The notes under the pieces are model-generated. The model worked only from the letters and a program-made list of their open reading frames with translations. It did no database searches and was not told the DNA's origin. Shown here one piece after another: positions 39,820 through 46,288 of a DNA stretch of 64,000 nucleotides (position 1 is the stretch's first letter; every line of letters starts with the position of its first letter). Made by a program: the position numbers and the translations under genes. Origin of the DNA: an uncultured Poribacteria bacterium. GTDB lineage: Bacteria; Poribacteria; WGA-4E; WGA-3G. The stretch covers positions 2,080,001-2,144,000 of the forward strand of contig CATQHZ020000001.1 in assembly GCA_958296135.2 (NCBI GenBank). The letters are read 5' to 3'.

Positions 39820-39919
39820 GTTACCGTTGGGAGGTGAGACCTACTAAGCGCGGCATCCCGCCGTGTCTCTCACCTCCACCTTACCTTAGTAGGAAGGAAA
39901 AACAACGGCGAACGGTGAC
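39820..39919 (+). ncRNA. Structured pseudoknotted 5' leader of tnpB
   Basis: Stems 39830-39/39868-77 (10 bp), 39840-48/39885-93 (9 bp, crossing), 39849-54/39860-65, closing 39820-28/39911-19. Confidence 0.65.
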
Positions 39920-39923
39920 GCCT

Positions 39924-41168
39924 ATGGCATTGAAAACGCATTTAATGGCGTTGGACCCGAATAATAAGCAGGCGACGCTGCTTGCAAAGCACTGCGGCTA
40001 TGCCCGCGTGGCACGTAACCATGCGCTCTCGGAATTCAAGGCGGCACTCGATCGCGATGAATTCCTATCCGATATGGACTTGCGCAAAAGATTCAACGCC
40101 GTGAAAGATGAACGCTACCCGTGGTGTCGCGAGCTCAGTCAAAATGCATCGAAGAATGGGATTTGCACGCTCGGTGATGCAGTGAAACGCTGGGTCTCTA
40201 AACAGAACCGCTTCCCGCGCTATAAGCACCGATCTGGTAGGAGTTCCTACCAAGCTGACAATGGCGCAGGCACGGTGAAGGTGGAGAAAAAGCGTGTCAA
40301 CCTCCCGAAGATTGGCTGGGTTCGCCTGCGCGAGAAGTTGCGTTGGCGTGGCGAGATTCGGCGGTGTGTCGTCTCAAAACGTGCAGGCAGGTGGTTTCTA
40401 TCGGTTCTCGTGAAGGTGGTTTCCGACAGTGCGCCACGTGTGCGTTCTGAGGCGGGTCCTATGCGGGTAGTTGGTGTTGATGTAGGTATCAAAACCCTAG
40501 CCGTGACATCCGATGGTGTTGAGTTTGAAAACCCGAAGGCACTCTACCGCTATCTACGGAAGTTGCGGCGTGCGCAGCGTCAGCTCTCTCGTTCGGTTTA
40601 CCGAAGCAGAAACTGGTATCGGAAGCAGTTCCGCGTACAGAAGATTCACTATCGTATCTGCTGTCTGCGTGAGGATGCACATCATAAGGCAAGCACGGCG
40701 ATTGTGAAGGCGGCTGACGTTCTCGGCATCGAGAGTCTTCGTGTGGCGGGCTTGTTGAAAAACCGCCGTCTTGCAAAGGCGTTGAGCGATGCGTCATTGA
40801 GCGGTTTCTTGACGATGCTTCGGTATAAGGCAGAGGCACGTGGTGTTGAGATTATCGAAGCACCGTCGAACTTCCCATCATCGAAGACGTGCAGTGCTTG
40901 CGGGAATAAAAAGAAAAAGTTGTCCCTCTCGGAGCGGACATATCACTGCGAGGCATGTGGCGTGGTCATCGACCGCGACTTGAATGCAGCGTATAACTTA
41001 AGAACCCTCGCCGCTAGCTTGACGGAGAGGCAAAACGGCTGCGGAGCGACTATAAGCCCTCAGAGTAGGCACACCTCGTGTGTCTCGGAGGCACGCCGCG
41101 TTGAAACAGCAACTACGACAGATAAGAGGACAGGTCAGATTCGGATAGATTTGTCCAGACTATCATAA
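39924..41168 (+). CDS. tnpB: RNA-guided endonuclease TnpB (IS607-associated type)
   Basis: LDPNNKQATLLAKHCG.AR; RuvC triad GVDVG, IESL, DRDLNAA intact; Zn ribbon CSAC..CEAC. Confidence 0.93.
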   Translation: MALKTHLMALDPNNKQATLLAKHCGYARVARNHALSEFKAALDRDEFLSDMDLRKRFNAVKDERYPWCRELSQNASKNGICTLGDAVKRWVSKQNRFPRYKHRSGRSSYQADNGAGTVKVEKKRVNLPKIGWVRLREKLRWRGEIRRCVVSKRAGRWFLSVLVKVVSDSAPRVRSEAGPMRVVGVDVGIKTLAVTSDGVEFENPKALYRYLRKLRRAQRQLSRSVYRSRNWYRKQFRVQKIHYRICCLREDAHHKASTAIVKAADVLGIESLRVAGLLKNRRLAKALSDASLSGFLTMLRYKAEARGVEIIEAPSNFPSSKTCSACGNKKKKLSLSERTYHCEACGVVIDRDLNAAYNLRTLAASLTERQNGCGATISPQSRHTSCVSEARRVETATTTDKRTGQIRIDLSRLS

Positions 41169-41182
41169 GTTCTAGGGAGCGG
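41005..41182 (+). ncRNA. Predicted TnpB omegaRNA scaffold overlapping the tnpB 3' end
   Basis: Lies at the right end; stems covary with 42495-42650. Confidence 0.75.
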
Positions 41183-41224
41183 CGAGATATCCATATCCGC
41201 CTATCTAATCAGAAGGAAGAATTA

Positions 41225-42088
41225 ATGAAAATTGGATTACGTATTCCCGGCACAGCCCGTCAATTGCCGTTCGCCGATTTCTGTCGGTGGTGCGCCGATA
41301 ACGGGTTTGAAGCCGTTGACATTGGAGAAACCACGCCCGAAATTGTCAAAACCGCGCGAGATGCCGGGCTCGCCATCGGCACCGCAGATTTGCCGGGAGT
41401 GAGAGAGCTCCTCAGTCCCAAAAAGTCAAAACAGAAAGCAGGAGCTTCCGCTGCGAAAGCCGCTATCCAAGCCGCCGCAGACAACGACGTGCGCATCATG
41501 TTCTGCGTCTTTGTCCCGGAGGATGCCAGCCTCGGCCGCGCCAAAAACTTCGAGATTTGGAAGCAGACTCTCCCGCCGATCGCCGAGTTCGCCGCGGAGA
41601 ACGGTGTCACTATCGCCGTGGAGGGATGGCCGGGCCCTGCGCCTGCCTATCCGGCCCTCGGCTGCACACCGGAGATGTGGCGCGCGATGTTCGCCGAATG
41701 CGATTCCCCAGGGCTGGGACTCAACTACGATCCCTCGCACCTCGTCCGCATCGGGATTGACTACCTGCGCGCCCTGCACGAATTCGCGCCCTACGTCAAA
41801 CACGTCCACGGCAAGGACACCGTCTTTGACGAAGAAGCACTCTATCTGCACGGCAATCTCGGACCGAGTTTCGGCAACGCCCGCGGCTTCGGCGAAGACT
41901 GGTGGCGGTACACGATTCCCGGTGATGGCATTGTGGATTGGCTGAAAGTCGTGCAACGCTTGGAAGACGAAGGTTTTGACGGCATCGTCAGCGTTGAACT
42001 TGAAGATTATCGCTATTGGCGCACGTGGGAGTCAGAGTCTGATGGACTCCGCCGTTCCCGCGAATTCCTCGCGCAGTATGTGCGATAA
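41225..42088 (+). CDS. Sugar phosphate isomerase/epimerase (xylose-isomerase-like TIM barrel)
   Basis: IAVEG, NYDPSHL, HVHGKD, PGDG.VDW, SVELE. Confidence 0.9.
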   Translation: MKIGLRIPGTARQLPFADFCRWCADNGFEAVDIGETTPEIVKTARDAGLAIGTADLPGVRELLSPKKSKQKAGASAAKAAIQAAADNDVRIMFCVFVPEDASLGRAKNFEIWKQTLPPIAEFAAENGVTIAVEGWPGPAPAYPALGCTPEMWRAMFAECDSPGLGLNYDPSHLVRIGIDYLRALHEFAPYVKHVHGKDTVFDEEALYLHGNLGPSFGNARGFGEDWWRYTIPGDGIVDWLKVVQRLEDEGFDGIVSVELEDYRYWRTWESESDGLRRSREFLAQYVR

Positions 42089-42105
42089 GCCGCATTTTCA
42101 TCAAA

Positions 42106-42167
42106 CCGGTAGGCGCGGTTTGCAACCGCGCCCCCATGCTAGCGCGCTTACAAAGCGCGCCTACCGG
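42106..42167. repeat. Inverted doublet of REP family 1
   Basis: CCGGTAGGCGCGGTTTGCAACCGCGCC ... GCGCGCTTACAAAGCGCGCCTACCGG. Confidence 0.85.
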
Positions 42168-42279
42168 AATTACCGATTTAAACCACACTACCAAGGAGGA
42201 GAGTGCTAGAGCCCGAAAATCCGAGTAAATCGATTGAATTCTCGGTAAGTCTCGTTAATTCGTAACATATCTGATTTAA

Positions 42280-42487
42280 GTAGTTTTATCTCTCAGATGA
42301 GAGGATGGCGAACGGAGCGTGAAGAACGTTTCCTGCTGCACGATACCAAGAGGCATGTGTAATGTCCTAACCCCCCGTGTGAAGCGGATTAAGAGTCGGC
42401 GGTGCGCAGGCATCACTGACGGTGGAGGGAGCTGTAAGTCCGACGCGATTCCCGAAAGGATTGTCTCGCTGCAGTATCTAAGACTAC
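42280..42487 (+). ncRNA. Unidentified ~210-nt multi-stem RNA
   Basis: Closing stem GTAGTTTTA/TAAGACTAC, GATAC/GTATC, GAGGC/GTCTC and several hairpins with GCAG, GAAA and GTGAA loops. Confidence 0.5.
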
Positions 42488-42494
42488 AAAACCA

Positions 42495-42650
42495 ACGTCG
42501 CGGCTGGTTTGACCGAGACGTAAAACGCCTGTGGAGCTCGCGTAAGACCTCGTAGTATTCGCATTTCGGTGCGTTTCGGAGGCGGTAAGTGATGAAGCAG
42601 GAACTTAGAAGTCTCGACTTATCTCGATATGTTGAGACTTCGGGGAACAG
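42495..42650 (+). ncRNA. Orphan TnpB omegaRNA scaffold
   Basis: ACGCCTGTGGAG..GTAAGACC..TGAAGCAGGAA pattern; aligns with 41005-41114. Confidence 0.75.
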
Positions 42651-42658
42651 AAAACACC

Positions 42659-43552
42659 ATGAACGGAGAATGTCTTGCGCATCTACTCACAGAAGAAGAA
42701 CGGACCCGTTTTGAAGAGCAGGGATACCTCTACGTGCCGAATGCCCTCTCCCCAGATGTGGTTGAGCAGTTAACGCACGCCGTGGATACCCTGCACAACA
42801 AGGCACTCGCCAACGGCAGAGCCACGCCCGGCAGTCCCTGGGGCTGGTCAGATTTTTTAAGAGAAGACGACGCGCTCCTAAATCTCGTCGACTGGCCGCG
42901 GACGTTGCCCAAGGTCTGGGGCATTTTGGGGTGGAATATCTATCTCTACCACGCGCACATGCACGTCAAACCGCCCGCGCCACCCGATGCGAAAGAAGGG
43001 GAGGGCTGGCTGGAGTGGCATCAAGACAGCGGCCGCGTCAACGTTGAACTGGAAACCAACCCGCGCCCACGCTTGTCGCTGAAGGTGGCATATTTCCTCA
43101 CGGATGTCTCTGAACCGGGGCGCGGCAATTTTTATATTCGTCCCGGCAGTCACCTCGCGGATATGGCGGTGCCAGAGGACGAAATCAGCCGCGACCCGCG
43201 CGAGCAGACCGCGGACGATGTCCCTGACGATGCGATGCCGGTCTGTGTGGAGCCGGGGACCGCCGTGCTGTTCGACAGACGGCTCTGGCATTCGCGCAGT
43301 CCGAACCATTCGCAGCTGACGCGGAAGGCACTCTTCTACGGCTATGGGTATCGGTGGATCCGTCAGAAAGACGAGATGACGGTGGAACCCCTTTATGAAC
43401 GGTGCGATCCGATTCGTCGGCAGCTGCTCGGTGCCGCTGTGCGGAACAACGGCCGTTATGTTCCTTCGGAAGAGGATGTGCCGCTGCGCGGATGGCTCGT
43501 TGAGCAATTCGGCGAGAAACCGGCGTATGCGATGGGGCCGCGGCATGCTTAG
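42659..43552 (+). CDS. Phytanoyl-CoA dioxygenase (PhyH) family Fe(II)/2OG oxygenase
   Basis: FEEQGYL, WHQD (HxD), LWH, RKAL. Confidence 0.9.
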   Translation: MNGECLAHLLTEEERTRFEEQGYLYVPNALSPDVVEQLTHAVDTLHNKALANGRATPGSPWGWSDFLREDDALLNLVDWPRTLPKVWGILGWNIYLYHAHMHVKPPAPPDAKEGEGWLEWHQDSGRVNVELETNPRPRLSLKVAYFLTDVSEPGRGNFYIRPGSHLADMAVPEDEISRDPREQTADDVPDDAMPVCVEPGTAVLFDRRLWHSRSPNHSQLTRKALFYGYGYRWIRQKDEMTVEPLYERCDPIRRQLLGAAVRNNGRYVPSEEDVPLRGWLVEQFGEKPAYAMGPRHA

Positions 43553-44001
43553 AGAATGATGGGCGGACTTCCATAGCTGAATAGGAAGTTCCGCCTACCC
43601 GATATGAGAAATTTCTGCGTTTTTCTGAACCTTTTCACGAAATCTTGTCCTCATTAAAAGAGAAATTTGATCCAACTTCGATTTGCGGATAGATCTACTT
43701 GATTCCCAATATTACATTTTGGATTTTACTTATAAATGATGATCCGGCGAAGTCTAGGCATTCGGAGTATCGTTTATTAGGGCGTTAAAGCAGCAGGCAA
43801 GTAGAGGCTTTCTCTAGTTCAATTCCAGGGGCGCGCATCGGCCGTCAATGGGCCGGTCGGAGTGCTAACAAGCAGGCCGCCGACGGCCCCCATTCTATTC
43901 CACGATAAAGAAGTTTCAAAATGGAAATGTGTTTCTCTCCCCAATGCGCCGCGGTGGACCAACTCCCGCCGGGGTTAGGGAGGTTCATCCAGACGCTTCT
44001 C

Positions 44002-44787
44002 TTAGAAGGGTCTGGTTCTCTTAAGTTCCTCTCGTTCCCGTAGAATTCCTTCCCATTCGACGGCCAGTTCGCGTCTGACGATTTTGTAGGCTTCGCGGGC
44101 ATCAAGGAGTTTCTGGTGGTCCCGATGAATCTCTTCGGGTGTCGTTGTATTGATGTACTGGGATAGCTCCTTAAAAAAGTCATCGACATCTTCCGCCGAG
44201 TGGGTTTTCAAGGCTTCTTGACGCGCAAATTCCAGTTGTTCGGGTGACAGTAATGCCCATGTCTTGAGCATGAGCGCGATTTCGTCCTCGCTGTCGGCGA
44301 GACTGGCCATGGTATTGGCACTGCTTTTGTCGTAATATGCATTCTCCCTTTCGTGGAGTGCCTGTCTCCGAATGAGCCAGTCTTTAATCTCCTCGGGGAT
44401 GTCCTCGGCATCTCTAATCTCTTCGGCTGTCCAGCCATAGAGGATGCCCCAGTAGTTTTTCTGTGGCACGTCGGTGTCGTCGTAGAGGTCGAGGGTTTCC
44501 GGTTCTTCAACAGTTTCGGTTTCTGTCTCGTCAACCGTTTCTGTCTCGTCAACCGTTTCTATCTCGAAAACCGTCTCCGTCGTGTTCTTGAGTGCTTGTC
44601 GGCGCTCGTATTCGGCTTCGGCTTCGGCTTTTTCTTGCCGCTTTCTGACTTCGACTTCTTGTTCGATTTCCTTGTCTAGACGTGGCCTCGTGACAAATCC
44701 CACGTAAAGATTGGCTGTGATACCCCCTATGATACTGCCGATTATGAGGGTGCGTATCATGGGCCGTTTCCAGAGGTTGCGAATCAT
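44002..44787 (-). CDS. Hypothetical membrane-anchored acidic coiled-coil protein with ETVDET repeat
   Basis: N-terminal TM, 18-bp tandem repeat near 44519-44558; promoter TTGACA-17-TAAAAT at 44931-44903. Confidence 0.7.
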   Translation of the reverse strand: MIRNLWKRPMIRTLIIGSIIGGITANLYVGFVTRPRLDKEIEQEVEVRKRQEKAEAEAEYERRQALKNTTETVFEIETVDETETVDETETETVEEPETLDLYDDTDVPQKNYWGILYGWTAEEIRDAEDIPEEIKDWLIRRQALHERENAYYDKSSANTMASLADSEDEIALMLKTWALLSPEQLEFARQEALKTHSAEDVDDFFKELSQYINTTTPEEIHRDHQKLLDAREAYKIVRRELAVEWEGILREREELKRTRPF

Positions 44788-45003
44788 GATTCTATTTCCT
44801 ATTGTTTTGGTAACATCAGGCTCTTGCTAGCAGTGAGCGGTGATGTTCCACAGGTTTGTGTCAGGGGTTGAAAATGCTTGATAAATTCACTCACATTACC
44901 ACATTTTAACGTCAATCCGCGCCTTTGTCAAGAAACACGCGAGAACGTTAAATGGGTTAAGTTACCTATATTTTTAACCAACACACATCAACCTGATTTG
45001 GTA

Positions 45004-45750
45004 TTAAACCACCGGCTTCCGATTAGAAACGTAAGGCGGCTCCAGCATCAACTTCTGGTCTTCCGAAGTCATCATCTCGCGGAGTTCATCGTCATAACGC
45101 CCCTGGCCCCACGAAGCATGCCCCGGCGAATACTTGTAGAGAATCGAACGCCGCTGATGCGCCGCCGTCCACGGCAACGTGCCGTGCGTTAATGCCTCCG
45201 TGAAGATAACTGCATCCCCTGCATTCTGTGGCACAGGCACCATGCAAGTTTTGTTATCCTTCACTGGCCGGAACTCCCGCGGGCACGGATAGTTGCTCTT
45301 ATGGCTGCCGGGGATACAACAGAACCCACCATCGCCTTCCTGCATATCGGTAAGTGCCCACGAGACGACTGTCAAGCCGTTATACATTCTTCCGTTGCGG
45401 AAGACGTAGTATTGGGCCGGGTCATACGGTGTGCCGCCGCCGTGTAGCGTGCCGCCGGGGTTGCCATCCTGCATGAGGATGCCGTAGACGTGGTCCAGCC
45501 GGAATTTCGGCCCAACTATCTCGGCGAGGAATGGCATGAGGCGCGGATGGTTGAGGAGCCGCCGAAAGGCATCGTTATCCCAATTCAGAAACCCGCCGAA
45601 CCGTTGCGAATGGATGCTCTCATCCTTCGGGGCATTATACGCTTGCTCGTCAATGAGGGTGTTCAGTTCCTCAAGTTCTTCGGCGGACAAGACGTTTTCA
45701 ACGTTGATATATCCCCACAGGTCAAATAGATATTTCTCTTCAGCGTTCAT
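45004..45750 (-). CDS. Phytanoyl-CoA dioxygenase (PhyH) family protein
   Basis: FDLWGY, FRLDH, LHGG, IPGSHK, EALTHGT, RRS. Confidence 0.85.
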   Translation of the reverse strand: MNAEEKYLFDLWGYINVENVLSAEELEELNTLIDEQAYNAPKDESIHSQRFGGFLNWDNDAFRRLLNHPRLMPFLAEIVGPKFRLDHVYGILMQDGNPGGTLHGGGTPYDPAQYYVFRNGRMYNGLTVVSWALTDMQEGDGGFCCIPGSHKSNYPCPREFRPVKDNKTCMVPVPQNAGDAVIFTEALTHGTLPWTAAHQRRSILYKYSPGHASWGQGRYDDELREMMTSEDQKLMLEPPYVSNRKPVV

Positions 45751-45813
45751 TCTATCACCTCATTTGAGGCGCGGTTGCAAACCGCGCTTACCGGAAAAGG
45801 AAACACGCGGGTT

Positions 45814-46137
45814 CTACTGATGCGCCGAACGCGAGGTAGGCACAAGCCGAGTGACAACAATCTTCTCCCGGTCCAGCAGCTCGCCGACGCGGGGCGAGAT
45901 TTCGTTGAGCCACCGTTCGTCCTCGTAAACCGCTGCATAAAGCCGCTCACGCTGTGCCTCGCTCTCAAACCGACGAATCCAGACGTAAAGGTCGTCCTCT
46001 TCTTCGCCGATGAAACTGCCAATCACTACCATCCCTTTGGAAATCTGGTAAGGGATGACCGTTTCCTCCATGTATTTCACCCAGTTGTCGCGTTGTCCGG
46101 GTTTCGTGCGGTATTGCCGTAATTCAAAGAAAGCCAT
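45814..46137 (-). CDS. NIPSNAP family protein
   Basis: FELRQY..KPG, YVWIR.F, RL.PT..S. Confidence 0.85.
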   Translation of the reverse strand: MAFFELRQYRTKPGQRDNWVKYMEETVIPYQISKGMVVIGSFIGEEEDDLYVWIRRFESEAQRERLYAAVYEDERWLNEISPRVGELLDREKIVVTRLVPTSRSAHQ

Positions 46138-46288
46138 AAAAATCTCCTAGAAACATTAAGGACCTAACGTTCCTTTATCGGTATGGGTGCTTTTCACATT
46201 GAAAAGCGTCCGGGTGCGCTATGCGTTCTGCCAGATGGACAGCTATAGAAATCTGTCCTTACACGCCTGGACTTGGAAAAGCATGAAA

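Larger units (their letters stand above)
39727..41182 (+). mobile_element. Non-autonomous IS607-type element carrying tnpB (no serine recombinase tnpA)
   Basis: Left end AG|TG with 10-bp-periodic AAYCTA at 39745, 39755, 39765; right end with inverted YAGAY-like motifs at 41136, 41146, 41156, ending GAGCGG; ends uncertain by about 2 nt. Confidence 0.75.
42204..42650 (+). mobile_element. Protein-free IS607-type derivative carrying an omegaRNA and an unknown structured RNA
   Basis: AG|TG left junction, GGAACAG right end, 3' part homologous to the tnpB element omegaRNA; removing it rejoins AAGGAGGAGAG to AAAACACC-ATG. Confidence 0.7.

Noticed and set aside
39830-39893. HDV-like/theta ribozyme call for the tnpB leader
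   Set aside because: The connectivity matches, but P3 is 6 bp, L3 is 5 nt and no P1.1 GG partner is evident.
39834-39923. N-terminal extension of TnpB from GTG 39834
   Set aside because: It lies within the structured leader, upstream of the RBS; TnpB similarity starts at MALKTH.
42292-42487. Hammerhead, twister, lysine or cobalamin riboswitch identity for the cargo RNA
   Set aside because: Only fragmentary resemblance (CAGATGAG..CGAA; CCTAAC..GGAGGG; CCCCCG); the core consensus nucleotides and spacing do not fit.
42319-42555. 78-aa ORF inside the RNA-only element
   Set aside because: No recognisable motif; it overlaps the paired regions and the omegaRNA.
42280-42650. Canonical group I intron (IStron)
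   Set aside because: An R-like AAGACTAC is present, but there is no downstream S element (AAGAUAUAGUC) to form P7; its best partner lies upstream. Not excluded without a covariance model search.
43735-43790. BrnT-like toxin remnant (DDPAKSRHSEYRLLGR)
   Set aside because: Too short and degenerate to support.
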